Shown here one piece after another: positions 25,201-38,338 of a stretch of 64,000 bases of DNA (position 1 is its first letter; each line of letters starts with the position of its first letter). The stretch lies in the NCBI GenBank assembly GCA_026770705.1, contig JANJGN010000021.1, positions 105,090,001 through 105,154,000 on the forward strand. The letters are read 5' to 3'. The notes below the pieces were generated by a model. That model did no database searches. It was not told the DNA's origin and saw only the letters and a program-made list of their open reading frames with translations. Origin of the DNA: Isurus oxyrinchus. Lineage: Eukaryota. Made by a program: the position numbers and the translations under genes.

Positions 25201-28200
25201 CGTTGTCGAGTTCACCATCTAATTAATGATAACAAGCGATTCCTGTGGTGGGAATGCAGCACATCGATTTCCACTACAATAGAGGCCATCAGATCCCAGA
25301 TTTTGAGACTAGTGGGATTACGGCACAGATTACGTTGATACATGGCAGGAAAGCACTGCAAAGATCACTAGCGTCAATGGTGCAGGTGCAAGGTGCACTG
25401 TATGTGGCCATTGGCGACATCCGTCTCGGCGATCCCTTCACTCAATGGAGCGACCACGTAATGGGCGGACTGTAGCCTTGCCATTTGCAGTCGATCAGCT
25501 CTTGAACGGCCTCATACTTAACAAGGTTCTGACACCCTGATGTGAGGCTGACGTCCCTCATCTGCTCGGGAAGGCGACACAGCGGCACTGCTCGAAATAT
25601 ACCAGTTGTATGCAAAAGTAAGAGCTAATTGCTCTTTAAAGTGCGTTGATGAGAGACCCCCAACTACCGCGGCAATTGATGCTGCTCAGAGGCCGATGTG
25701 ACCTTGCATCAGAACCGAGAGCAGGGTGCAAATTGGAAACAAAGTTGGTGAAGATTTTCCAATTCAAGGTGAGAGCAGGAAAGGGCACGGATAAAGTTAT
25801 CAATATACCAGACAAAGCCTTGAGGAAGGGGTTCCGAGCAGGACCGGAGCAAGCAGTGTTCTGTTTGCCTCAGAAAAAAAAAGACAGACACACCTGGGAA
25901 CCTCACGGGTCCCTTTTATTTGGAGGAAGTGAGATCAGTTAAAAGAGAACTTGCTCAATGGGAGAACATGTTCAGTCAGGTGAGAAACAGTGGTGGTGGG
26001 TGGGGATTGTTCTGGCCTCCATTCAAGGTAGAAGCAGTAAGCCCTCAGGCCGCCTGGTGGAGGGTGGGGGCGCGGCGGTGTTGGGGGAGTGTAGAGACTG
26101 GACGTCCATGTTGACTGCCCTTCATTGATCCCACCCTTTCCAAATGAGGATATACCTCATGTCTTCAGAAATGTTTCCAGTAACTTGCCAAACACTGGGG
26201 TTAGGGAGTGTGGCCCTGAATGACTTGGTCCATTCCGTTCGTTCTTTGGAAACAACGGCAGATTGTTAATAGTACTCCTGTCCAGCAGCATCACTTCTCT
26301 AGCTCTAGACAATTGGAAAATGATTGTTTGAGCGTCTATTTGTCCCTGGTTTCCTATAGAATCCTGGTATACATTTCATCTGCACCTGGCGATTTATCCA
26401 CTTTCAAGGACATTAAACAGCTTAATAATTTCTCCCTCGCTACTACGTTTATCCCATCAAATGTTTCACATTCCTCTCCGTAACTGCATTGTCTGCTTTG
26501 TCCCTCCTAAAAGAGCAGATGGGAAGTGTCCATTAAGATCCAGGTCCATGTCATGTGCCTTCAGGTGCATGTTAATGTTTTGGTCTCAAATTGGGCCTAC
26601 TCTTTCCTTTGCTATAATTCTATTCTTTATGAATTTAGAAAACATAATTTGAGTTTTCCTTGATTTTACTTGCCAACGGTTTTTTCATGCCCTCTCCTTT
26701 CTTTCCTAATTTTCTTCATTACAAATAGAGAGCGATCGAGTCATTACAGTAAGAAGGAAGCCATTAGGCCCATCGAGTCCATACTGGCTCTCTGTAGCGT
26801 AATTCAAACAATGGCATTCGCCCATTCTAGCCCTGTAAGTTTATTTCCCTCAAGTACCCATCGAATTTCCTTTTGAAATCCTTAATCGTCTCTGCTTTCA
26901 CATCCCTCCACCTCCCTTATAGGCAATGATTTCCTGGTCATTGCCCCTCGCTATGTAAAGAACCTTTGCCTGATATCCCCTCGTAATTTCCCTTGCCCAA
27001 AACCTTAAACCTGTCTCCCCCAGTCCTTGTACCATCAACTAATAGGAGCAGCCTTTCCTTGTCTACATTATCTAAGCCTGTCAATTGTGTGCGCCTCAAT
27101 CAAATCCCCCTCAATCTCCTTTGTCTCAAGGTCTAATCAGAGCTTAATACAGCACCACTTCCGCCCTTTCGTGCTCAATGCACCGAGAGAGGAAACTCAA
27201 AGTCCCAACTGCCTTGTTAACTTCTTTCTCAACATGTCCTTCCACTCTAAAGGTTTGTACTGAGGAACCTGCAAGTCCGCTTGGCCCCTACACTTCGTAG
27301 ACCTGTATTTGATGTGTATTTCATTTGTACTTAATTTTACCCCTGCACTTTCCATACTCTTGACGGATTTATATAGCATTGCCACATGACATAAGTTTTC
27401 TTTTTTGGCTTTGTCCTAGTCTGTACGTTCTTTGATACCTGTTTAACACAAGTCTCTGTCTTTAGTATTATATGTCTCTGTTAACAATATTCAACATTGC
27501 GTATGCTGTACCAAGTACTTTTCTAACTTTATGCATTCCTTTCAAACACCCTAGATCTCTGCTCCTGCATGGGAACATATGGAATAGGTGCAGGAGTAGG
27601 CCATTCGGCCCTTCGAGCCTGATCCGCCATTCAATTAGATCATGTTGATCTTCTACCTCAACGCCATTTCCTTGCACTATTCCCGTATCCATTGATATAT
27701 TCAATGTGTAGAAATCTATCGATTTCTGCTTTGAGCATACTCAACGAATGAGCCTCCATAGCCGCCTGGAGTAGAGAATTCCAAAGATTCGCTACCCTCT
27801 GAGCGAAGAAATTCCTCTCCATTTCAGACCTAAATGGCCTACCTCTTATTGCACGCCATCTGAAGCTGTACAACTTAGCTTGTTTGGCCTCGCCTCGACT
27901 TTCTCACCGGAAGGCATTAAATTATACTTTACTGCATTGAGTTCCATTGATCACGTGCTCACCCATTTCACAAGACCGTTTATCTCCTCTTGAAGCCTAA
28001 GAGAAACCTCCTTCGTGTTATGACCCCTCTTCTTTCACTATTTTAACATAGGTGCTGTTTGGTTTAAAATAACGGGACCAAACACCGGATTAAAATAGCG
28101 ATCTGAAGAAAATTTGGTTGCCTATTAAATTTATTTGCTAATTTTGCAGAAGAAAATGCTCAAACGCTGAAAATTATGGAAAGGGTGCCGCATGAATTAG

Positions 28201-31200
28201 AACCAATTCAAGCTCCGTAGAATTATCATTCAGAAGATTGGGTGGTGAAGCTAATCTGCGGCCTTAACTCGCGCCTTCATCTAAACTGAGATCTCGCCCC
28301 TGAATTTCATCGTGTGTAATTCTAGCGTGGCTTACCATTCTTACCTGTTCTTCCTCTCGAGTTCTCGATGTTCTCTCTAGAAAAATGTTTGAGATAAACA
28401 TGTCACATTGATGCGGCGAACAAAGTAAGTGGAATAAATGAATGTTTCACAAATGCATTGAGATTATCTCTGACTAAACAGAAGAAGCCAAAATACAAAT
28501 TCTGTAGTCAGGCTTGAATTCACAACCCTTTAAGGCGCAGGCGAGAGTGCCATCATCTGATTTGCAGGACCTCGAGGTCAATGCTGGCGTAATGACAATT
28601 TTACTGGACTCGTAATCCAGAGGCCCAGGTTATTGCTCTGGGGGCGCGAGTTCAAATGCTACCAAGGCAGCTGGTGGGATTTAAATTCGGGTAATTAATT
28701 CATCTAGAATTGAAAGCCTATCTCAATAATGGTGACCATCAAACCGTCATGGATTGTCACCAAAACTCATGTGGCTCACTAATGTCTTTTGGGGACAGTC
28801 GTTACACAGTGGGGCCTACGTGTGGCCCCAGACGCACAGCAATATGGTTGACTCTTGACTGCCAGCTGAAGTGGCCTAGTACGCCATTCAATTGTACCAC
28901 AGCACTACAGAAAAGGGGATGGACTGTACTCGTTCACCACCATCTTCCAGGGACAATTAGGATGGGCAACAAATGCCGGCCTTAGCAGAGATACTCACAC
29001 CCCACGAAAGGATTTTATATATAAAGAAAGAAAATACTATTGCATCCTGATGCTTACTATGGAGTAATGGTTTATTCTCTACTTTTTAGCTTTAAAGGCA
29101 TCAAGGCGTTTCATTGTCTATGTCACAGACCTTGGGCTTCCTGCTTAACTGGAACACCAACAGTGAATTTATAACTTTATGTCCAATTATACAACACATT
29201 TGTAAACTAATTGGTTGATACTGATTTTGAAGTTAGTCTGAAAGGTTCGCACGGCTGTCAGCTCCTGTTTAATTCGAAATCGAGCGGCTGTCTCTGCCGA
29301 CCATTAATCAATGGTATCACTTTGGCCTCCGAGTAAGAAGGTTGTGAGCTCCAGCCCTAATCCACAACTGTGTGCATAGAATCAAGCCCCACTCCACAGC
29401 TTCGAACTTAGAACCAAGCCCCAGCTCCCAAATTTGAACACAAAATCTGATAGTGCAGAAGGAGTGCTGCAGAGTCGGAGGTGCTGTGACTCAGGTGAGA
29501 GGTGAATCGGAGTCTAGGCTTGCCGTCTTACCCGAGGAGCTTTTACTCTGAATGCAAACGATCACTCACCAATACCCCGCGGACGAGCAGGGGAGTTCTT
29601 CCTAGTATCGCAACCAACATTGTTCCCTGAGGCAAGAAATCGTAAATAAATTACCTGATTATTATCACATTTCTGTTTTTAAGGACTTGCCGACATTTTT
29701 TTATAGCGTTTTAAAACTAGTTGGTTGAAAGTTGCCATGTGAGGTCACCAGCTCCTGAAACGTGCTGTACGTGATTGTGTAGCTGGCAGAGTACCAGGCC
29801 ATTTGGCCTGAAATGAGACAAGCTCTCTCTTTCTTTCTGACAATGATGCATTCAATGCCTAGCAGCGCTTCGTGCATTTCAATCTAAAGCTATGTGTAAC
29901 CCCCAAAATATTTGTTCACCTATCGCCACCATGATATATGTAATAGTTACCTTGATGCTTGCAGCGACGCCAGGTGATAAGAACTGCGGTTAGCAGCAGC
30001 GATACAATGACCACCAACAGTGAAGAGAAAATGACCAAGATGTGCTGTGCAGTAGTTCTGTCGTGTACAGCTGTAGAATATAAAACGATTACTATTAGTG
30101 ACATCCTAGGTTTTTTTGTCAATGCAGCGCCAAATGTTTGGGTCATTGTAAGATCATTTTTTAAAATAAATTAAGTATTTAGCTTCCCTTTCAACTACTT
30201 TAATTTGCTGGGGCTCTTTTGCGTTTTGCGGAGTTATGTAAGATCATATGAATAAGTTTACATGAGAGTGCGTGTCCTGTAGTAAAATGGCGGCATCAAC
30301 TCTGATTCAATTACCTTGGAATAATCGAGGATGCTACCTGGCGAATTAGCTGCGACAGAGGTTATAAACGCATGCACATGCATTGATTTTAAGATGTACC
30401 CATGGGTGAATAGTTTCGTTTGCACGCATATTTACATATCATCATCAAGCCAAGGTTGCACATTTAGTGATAACAGGCTAAATAAAACAGCGAAGTCTCC
30501 TAAAGATTGACCAGTCTGAACAAGAACAATAATAATAAATAACATTTCTTTCATTTTTTGACACAGAGTCAATGAAGGAAAAAATAAGGATAGATGGCCA
30601 GAAGCTTGATCAAAGAGCTTTGTTTTTACAAGCAGTTTAAGCGAAAAGAGAGAGAAGAAGGGAGATTGAGGTAGGGAATTCCAGACCCAAGCACCTTGGC
30701 AGATTGTGCAGGGCTGCCAATAGTGAACGGTTAAAATCGGAAGGCCAGAGTTGCAAGAGGATATATATCGCAGAGGGCTACAGGGCTGGAAGGGTGAATA
30801 CAGATAGGGAGGGAGGAAGACATGGAGGAATTTAAATATAAGTACGAGGATTTTAAAGTTCTAATGTGTGGATGCAAATGAAGTGTAACAAGCGGAGGAA
30901 TGATTAGTGAATGAGATTGTGAGCGAGTTCAGTTACGAACAGTAGATTTTTTGAATAAACACAAGATTACGTAGGATTGAAACATGTAACGAATCGGGAT
31001 AGTCAAATCTAGAGATAACGAAGGCATGGATGAGGATTAGCATTAGACCCAGGGGTACCCGGGAGGTGGAAATAGACAATCATGGTGATGGTACGAATGT
31101 GTAGTTGGAAACCCAACTCGGGGTCAAATAATGCACCAAGGTTGCGAAATGTCTTACTCAGTTTAAGATAATTATCGCCAATGGAGGCGGTGGACATCAA

Positions 31201-34061
31201 AGGAATTGTATTGCGGGGCCCGAAGACGATGGCTTCAGTCTTCACAATGTTTGGTTGCAGGAAATAGCTGCTCATCCAGTTTGAAGAATTAGAAAAAAAT
31301 GCATGGGCCCCGGGGGAGGTGATGATGAGTGTCAATGGCATACATCTGGAACGTACTGCTGTGTTTTCGAGTAATCTCATCGAATTCATGTTCAAGAGAA
31401 GAAAGAAAGTCGGGGACATTTAATTTAATTAAAGAACAGCTAGGCTATATTTTCTATGTATGGTAAATCCTAACAAGCGTGTAAAAATGACAATCCGACC
31501 AGAAAAATACAAAATATCAAATAGAATGAAATATGGTGAATCAATTTACACATTTAATCATGTGTTTCTGGTTAATAGAAAATGAAGTTTGCATTTTACG
31601 CTTTTATGGAGTACGTGTTAAGCAGATTATTTAAGTATAGAATTTAATAAACGGGCATTAATCTCCAGGGATTCGATTTGTATAAATCTTCTTTATAACC
31701 CTTATCTGAGAGTTATCGAGTGGATGTTGGAGGGATAAGTAGTTGAATGTTTTGTTGAAAAGAATTAATGCAAAGAAGGACAGATATTAGCACAATAGAA
31801 CCGTACCTTCTACTGTTACCTGTGTGCCCATCCCGGTTCCTTTGCCAAACTGAAATGATTCTATTTCACAATAATATATCCCTGAATCATTCTGGCTTGC
31901 GTCCATGACTGTAATTTGATTCCGTCTTAAAGATATTTGATTTTCCTCCAAGACTCTACCAATAAATTCTCCAGATTTGTTCATAACTTTACAGCTTTCA
32001 TCACCCAATACTTCCTTGTACCACGCGACGGCAAACAGTGCTGTCGTTTCAGGTGTAGTAAATGTGCAGGAGATTTGAAACTCCTCTCCTTCTGTTATTT
32101 TGATAACCCGTGGGCTTTGAGTTACTTTGATATCGGCAGCAGCAACAGCTGAAAGACAGATAAGCCAATTACTCTCGTTAGACAAATCTACTCCGCATTT
32201 CAATCTACCTGTCCTGATAACTCGCAAATAACTCAGATGCGGCTAATGGCGAACTCAAACAAGGAACCCCTATTTGAATCCCCTGATTTTCAGTGGCAAC
32301 ATGACTATCGAATCTCCTACCATCAGCCTTTTTGCTGTCACCGCTTCTTTCTCCCCTTGCAGCCTTTAACGCTGAACTGAAATTTCGTAATCACATTCAA
32401 ATTCTTGAGATCTCCACAAACAGGTTCAGCTATAGCTAATTCTATTCACTACACATGTTATGAAGAAATTGCTGAAGGTCCTGAATAGATCAAAGGCGAT
32501 GGGACTTGATAACATTCAGGCTCTGGCGCTGATGACTGATGCTCCAGAACTAACCGTACCACAGGAATGGAGGAATTAGGAGCAGGAGGAGGCTATTTTA
32601 CCCCTCGAGCGTGCTCCGCCATTCGATAAGATCATGGCTGATCCACCTGCGCTCCACGTTACCTGCCTGCCGTCCCCATAAGTCCTCAGTGATCAAAGAT
32701 CTGTGTAGCTCAGCCTTCAACAGATTCAATTACCTAGTCCCCACTTCTCACTTGGGAAGAAAATTCTCCAGCATACCGACCCTCTAAGATAAAAAAAAAT
32801 CTCCTCACCTACGGACTTAAATTGGAGACCCATATATTTTAAATTGTGTCCCCTGGTTCTAGACTCGCCCACAAATTGAAAGGTCCTCTCTGCATCAACC
32901 ATGTCGAGGCCCCTCAGAATCTTATGTCTTTCAATAAGAGGGCCTCTCATTGTTTTAAAATCCAATGGGTGTAGGCCCTTTTCCAAAGATACCTTTAAGC
33001 CAAACTGTGCAAGTATAGCTACGAAACTGTCATCAATCCGGCTCTGTGGAAATTGACTGCCTAAGGCCTGTCCACAAGAAGTGAGACAAATGTAATCCAG
33101 CTAATTACAGGCCCAATACACTACTCTCAATCATCAGTAAATCGGCTGCAGTTACATCATTGAACATTGATATAAAGGAGCATTTAATCAGCATGAACCT
33201 TCTCAACGTTCAGGCTTGGGCTGCTAACTGACAAGTGACCTTCACAACACACAATTGATTAGCTAAATCCAAAAAGAGAGAATCGTCCAAAAAGAGAGAA
33301 TCTAACCATCCCCACTTAACATCCAACGGCGTTATCAACACTAACTAACCCATAACAACACCCCGGATGATATTGTGGACCAAAGATCTAACTGGATGCC
33401 CCACAAAGGTCAAAGTTTTGGATTTCTGAGGTGCACAACTCACCCGCTGTCTCACAAAAGTCTGTCCAACATCTGCAACGCACAAGTTTGGATGGAGCAA
33501 ATCCCACTTGCCTAAATGAGTGCTGCTTCAACATCACTCAGGACGATTGGCATCACCCAGGACAAAGCAGCCCGCTTGATGGGCACACCATCAACCAGCT
33601 TAAACATTCAGCCACTCTACCACTGGTGGGCAGTGTCAGCAGTGTGTACTATCTACAAGATGCACTACAGCTACTCTCCAAGCCTCCTTCTACAGCACCT
33701 TCCAAACCCTGCGACGCCTACCACCTCAAGAGAAAGAGCAGCAGAGGCATGGTAACACTAGCACCTACACATTTACCTTGAAGTTATACACCAACCTGAC
33801 TTAGAATAATATATCCATCCCATCATGTCTCTGCGTGGAGTACTTGGAACTCCCTTCTAACAGCACTATGGTGTACCTCTACTACTAGGGCTGCAGCAAT
33901 CCAAGAAGGTGGTTCGCCACCACTTTTTCAAGCACAATTAGTGTGCAATGCTCCCTTGCCAGTGATGCCCACACCCCATTAACGAATATAAATATTTGCT
34001 TCAAATAAATTAAAGGCTTACCAGAAATCAGCAGGACACCGAGTATCATATCTGGATACAT
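22029..34061 (-). CDS. NCR3: NKp30/NCR3-like V-type Ig receptor, inhibitory form (gene A); join 34022-34061, 31807-32148, 29951-30070, 28345-28376, 22029-22256; ~253 aa
   Basis: All exons have GT-AG ends and compatible phases (1,1,1,0), giving an open 762-nt CDS: leader MYPDMILGVLLISAVAAA, V domain, uncharged TM, and a tail with VVYADL and VVYAAV. The V domain resembles NKp30 as I recall it (V.N...EF.GR; CEIESFQFGKGTGMGTQVTVE vs CRVEVLGLGVGTGNGTRLVVE). The symbol means NCR3-like; orthology is not tested. Confidence 0.75.
25690..26110 (-). mobile_element. old Penelope-like RT fragment
   Basis: Reverse complement resembles 18380-18760 (MDVQSL, LLLT.LNMFS, WYIDNF). Confidence 0.6.
27565..27870 (-). 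mobile_element. CR1-type LINE 3' end
   Basis: RNFFAQRVANLWNSL (ORF 27658..27873) and CR1 3' UTR. Confidence 0.8.
28345..28376 (-). CDS. gene A exon 4, short cytoplasmic exon (ERTSRTREEEQ)
   Basis: Acceptor catttttctag, donor CAG|GTAAGA (a second in-frame donor lies 9 nt on); converts phase 1 to phase 0 as the ITIM exon requires. Confidence 0.6.
29310..29775 (+). mobile_element. Deu-domain SINE (SacSINE1/AmnSINE1-like), decayed
   Basis: ggagtgctgcagagtcggaggtgctgtgactcaggtgagagg resembles the Deu core as I recall it; related minus-strand copies at ~34850-35240 and ~52655-53000. Confidence 0.55.
29951..30070 (-). CDS. gene A exon 3, stalk plus uncharged transmembrane helix
   Basis: Acceptor ttttatattctacag, donor G|GTAACT; AVHDRTTAQH-ILVIFSSLLVVIVSLLLTAVLITW-RRCKHQ with a basic stop-transfer. 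Confidence 0.85.
30560..31420 (-). mobile_element. old L2-like LINE fragment in the gene A V-TM intron (paralogue at ~46320-47210)
   Basis: NWMSSYFLQPNIVKTEAIVFG, RNLGALFDPELGF in ORF 31009..31419. Confidence 0.65.
31807..32148 (-). CDS. gene A exon 2, Ig V-set (VJ-type) domain
   Basis: Acceptor tctgtctttcag, donor G|GTACGG, 342 nt; canonical C...W...DSGIYYC and GxGTxVxV G strand. Confidence 0.93.
32565..32980 (-). mobile_element. CR1-type LINE 3' fragment
   Basis: KILRGLD, ESRTRGHNLK in ORF 32726..32986. Confidence 0.75.
34022..34061 (-). CDS. gene A exon 1, signal peptide (MYPDMILGVLLIS)
   Basis: ATG at 34061, 40 nt, phase-1 donor G|GTAAG; paralogous exon at 51765-51804. Confidence 0.8.
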
Positions 34062-35677
34062 GTTTCTGCTTTTGTCTGTGAAGGCAATCAGGAAGAAGAG
34101 ATTTACAAAGGCAATTTCAATTGTTGTGTAATTTTGCAGCTTTCAGTGAAAGTTCTTCCCACCTGACACTTCAGCTACTTCAATTGAAGCTGGTCGCTGA
34201 TTTGTGTACAGGTTTTTTTTTACCTATGTGGAGGAAATATTCCGCTGTGTTCCTCTACTCGTCCACCATACATCGTTCGTATGTTGATTTGTCTTCCTCA
34301 GAAAGCAGCTGATTATGGTCATTGAATTTATTCAAGGCAGAGTTAGCCAGGTTTTTGATAGACAGTGAAGTCAAGGGTTATGGAGGGGTAGATGGCAAAG
34401 TGGAGTTGAGACAACAACGAGTTCAGCCATGATCTTATTGAATGACAGAGTAGGCTCGAAGGCCTATTCCTGCTCCTACATCCTATATTTATATGCTTGG
34501 TTAAATGGGCGGGCGTTACAAATGTAATTGATGACTGCCAGGGGATTCAGATATGGACGGTGTGCTTTTAGCAGTGAGAACCATTTTCACTGCAATATCC
34601 ACCTTTCGTTATCTCCCCTTCTGAACTGGATTATTCTGCACTAGGACACCACAGTAAAATTATTTTTTCTTTTCTATTCTTTACAGTTGATGCGCTTTTC
34701 AATTCATTTTTGCTTAAGTTATCACTGACTCCATTAAAACAATATTCATTAATATACCTTATATTGTTAAATTAAATAGCAGCATTTATCATCGCAAAGA
34801 TGAAGCTGAACATGAGCACTGATTAAGAGCAGGCGGCATAACAGTCAAAAGAAAGCTTGTATTTCTTAGCACCTTTTTAGGCCAGGGAAGTTCTCAAAGG
34901 GCGTTACAGCCAATGAAATACGTTTGAAGTGCAGCCAGTTTTGCAATTTAGAAAACGCACCAGTGTGACCATAACAAAATAATGTGTTGTGGACTGAGTG
35001 ATAAATATTGGCCAGGACACCAGGAATAGCTCCCACTTCTCTCCTTCGGAAACTGTCAGGGAATTTCTTAAATTAACCTGATCGGGCGGATAAGTCCTCA
35101 GTTTAGCCACTCATTCACACAATGGCACCTCAGAAAACACAGCACACACTCGTTACTGCCTTAGAGTGTTAACATTGACTTTTGCAATCAAGTGGGGCTT
35201 CAGCCCATCATCTTCTCGTTCAGCAGGGAAAGCGCTGAAAACGAAGGTACACATCACCTGCGCTGAATGTTCAGTTCGAGTGACTTCAGTAGAACTGACT
35301 ATCAGGCAAGCTGTACACTGGTGGACAAGAGTAGTTGCGTGTGCTCTGTGACCACCAGATTGCTTGTTGTACTCGTTTAGTGTAGATTCTGGTCCAAGGA
35401 CGGATCAGAGAGGAATGGTGAGATGAACTCAAAACCGAACACGGAGCGCCCAGCAGGTTGACCAATCTCTTGTAGGTTAAGTTTTAACAGCGGTCTAAAA
35501 TATAGTAGCAAGGCTGGAAAAGTGGAAAGGTTTCAGAAGGGAATTCCAAAGACAGAGACCAAGGCAACAGAAACTGTGCCCTAATGCTGGGTTGAAGGCA
35601 TATGGTGGTGCGGCAGATGCAGAGTAGACCAGAGGCAGGGGAATGATGGGATAACCATGTAGAGCTGAAGGGGTGAC

Positions 35678-38338
35678 AATGTGGTACTGGACTATGGACA
35701 GATTTAGAGATAAGGAGTCGAATTTCCAACTCGGCTCATTGGCGAATCGAAAGTCAATGCAAGCCGTTCTTACCTGGTCTGGCCTACATGTGGATCGAGA
35801 CCCACAGCAATGTGGTGACTCTTAACTGTCCTCTGAAATGGCCTAGCAAGCCACTCCGTTCAAGGAAAATTAGGGATGGGCAACAAATGCTGTTCTTGTC
35901 AGCGACACCCACATCTCCTGAATGCATGAAAGATTTCGAACTTCCATTTCTCGATAATGGTTTTCCTATTTTACCAATTAGCACAATCGAACATTAAGCA
36001 GATAAATTCTGAACATGACCGGTGCTTTAATAAAGGGAAGAGCTAGAGAAAAAATGCACTTACTTTTATGTGTTTAGCGAAGCGTATTATTTGCAGAGTT
36101 TCTCCTGGTCTGTGCTGTAGCAAAATTATTTACAGAATGCAATCGGGCAGCTTGATGTTTTACAGCATTGAAAGAGGCTTGTCAGCATTTCCTTGAAGAG
36201 CAAGAAAAGAGGATGAGAAACGGAGGATGGTATCTTATGCAGGCTACATAACGCTATATGAAAGGTCACTGAACATATGAACGTGGGAAACGATTCCCAT
36301 GTAGTTCTTAAGCAAATTTCAAGCAATGCATGATACTTATTTTTGGTAAATGTGAAATAAGATGTTTCATTCCTGTCATTGTAAAGTACGTACGCAGTTC
36401 ACTTTTTAAGTGGAGAAACAATACAGAATGAAACTCTTATTTAAGTCACAACCTTCAAATGTTTGCTAATAAGCTGTTGCAATTTCATGGCTTCGGTAAA
36501 AAATCGATTTATGAAATACTAGTGAAATGATCAAAATAACCAGACACTTAATCCGAAACTTAAGTTACCACAGAAGCAAAGATTGCGAGAATCCTTAAAT
36601 TTCAGTATAAGTTGAGCAGTGATATTTAAGGAAGTGGTTAAACTTTAAACCTCACCCTTTACCAACATGCGAATGTAAAAGCAGGAGCAGCCCATTCAGC
36701 CCCTCGAGTCTGATCTGTCATCGAATAATGTGGTACTGGACTATGGACAGATTTAGAGATAGGGAGTCGAATTTCCAACTTGGCGCATTGGCGAATCAAA
36801 AGCCAATGCAAGCCGTTCTTACCTGGTCTGGCCTACATGTGGATCGAGACCCACAGCAATGTTGGTGACTCTTAACTGTCCTCTGAAATGGCCTAGCAAG
36901 CCACTCCGTTCAAGGAAAATTAGGGATGGGCAACAAATGCTGTTCTTATCAGCGACACCCACATCTCCTGAATGCATGAAAGATTTCGAACTTCCATTTC
37001 TCGATAATGTTTTTCCTATTTTACCAATTAGCACAATCGAACATTAAGCAGATAAATTCTGAACATGACCGGTGCTTTAATAAAGGGCAGAGCTATAGAA
37101 AAAATCCATTTACTTTCACATGTTTAGCGAAGCGTATTATTTGCAGAGTTTCTCCTGGTCTGTGCTGTAGCAAAATTATTTACAGAATGCAATCGGGAAG
37201 CTTGATGTTTTACAGCATTGAAAGAGGCTTGTCAGCATTTCCTTGAAGAACAAGAAAAGAGGATGTGAAACTGAGGATGGTATCTTATGCAGGCTACGTA
37301 TCTCTATATGAAAGGTCACTGAACATATGAACGTGGGAAACGATTTCCATGTAGTTCTTAAGCATATTTCAAGCAATGCATGATACTTATTTTTGGTAAA
37401 TGTGAAATAAGATGTTTCATTCCTGTCATTGTAAGGTATGTACGCAGTTCACTTTTTAAGTGGAGAAACAATACAGAATGACACTCTTATTTAAGTCACA
37501 ACCTTCAAATGTTTGCTAATAAGCTGTTGCAATTTCATGGCTTCGGTAAAAAATCGATTTATGAAATACTAGTGAAATGATCAAAATAACCAGACACTTA
37601 ATCCGAAACTTAAGTTACCACAGAAGCAAAGATTGCGAGAATCCTTAAATTTCAGTATAAGTTGAGCAGTGATATTTAAGGAAGTGGTTAAACTTTAAAC
37701 CTCACCCTTTACCAACATGCGAATGTAAAAGCAGGAGCAGCCCATTCAGCCCCTCGAGTCTGATCTGTCATCGAATAATGTGGTACTGGGCTATGGACAG
37801 ATTTAGAGATAGGGAGTCGAATTTCCAACTTGGCTCATTGGCGAATCGAAAGCCAATGCAAGCCGTTCTTACTCGTTCTGGCCTACATGTGGATCGAGAT
37901 CCACAGCAATGTGGGTGACTCTTAACTATCCTCTGAAATGGTCTAGCAAACCACTCCGTTCAAGGAAAATTAGGGATGGGCAACAAATGCTGTTCTTGTC
38001 AGCGACACCCATATCTCCTGAATGCATGAAAGATTTCGAACTTCCATTTCTCGATAATGTTTTTCCTATTTTACCAATTAGCACAATCGAACATTAAGCA
38101 GATAAATTCTGAACATGACCGGTGCTTTAATAAAGAGCAGAGCTATAGAAAAAATCCACTTACTTTCACGTGTTTAGCGAAGCGTATTATTTGCAGAGTT
38201 TCTCCTGGGCTGTGCTGTAGCAAAATTATTTACAGAATGCAATCGGGAAGCTTGATGTTTTACAGCATTGAAAGAGGCTTGTCAGCATTTCCTTGAAGAA
38301 CAAGAAAAGAGGATGAAAAACTGAGGATGGTATCTTAT
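35678..38338. repeat. tandem duplication, period ~1050 bp, ~2.5 copies
   Basis: Units start aatgtggtactgg at 35678, 36727 and 37777; near-identical copies. Confidence 0.95.

Noticed and set aside
31787-32227. V exons as rearranging TCR/Ig/IgNAR V segments
   Set aside because: The J-like G strand is in the same exon, I saw no RSS, and the exon splices in phase to a TM exon with no C domain in between.
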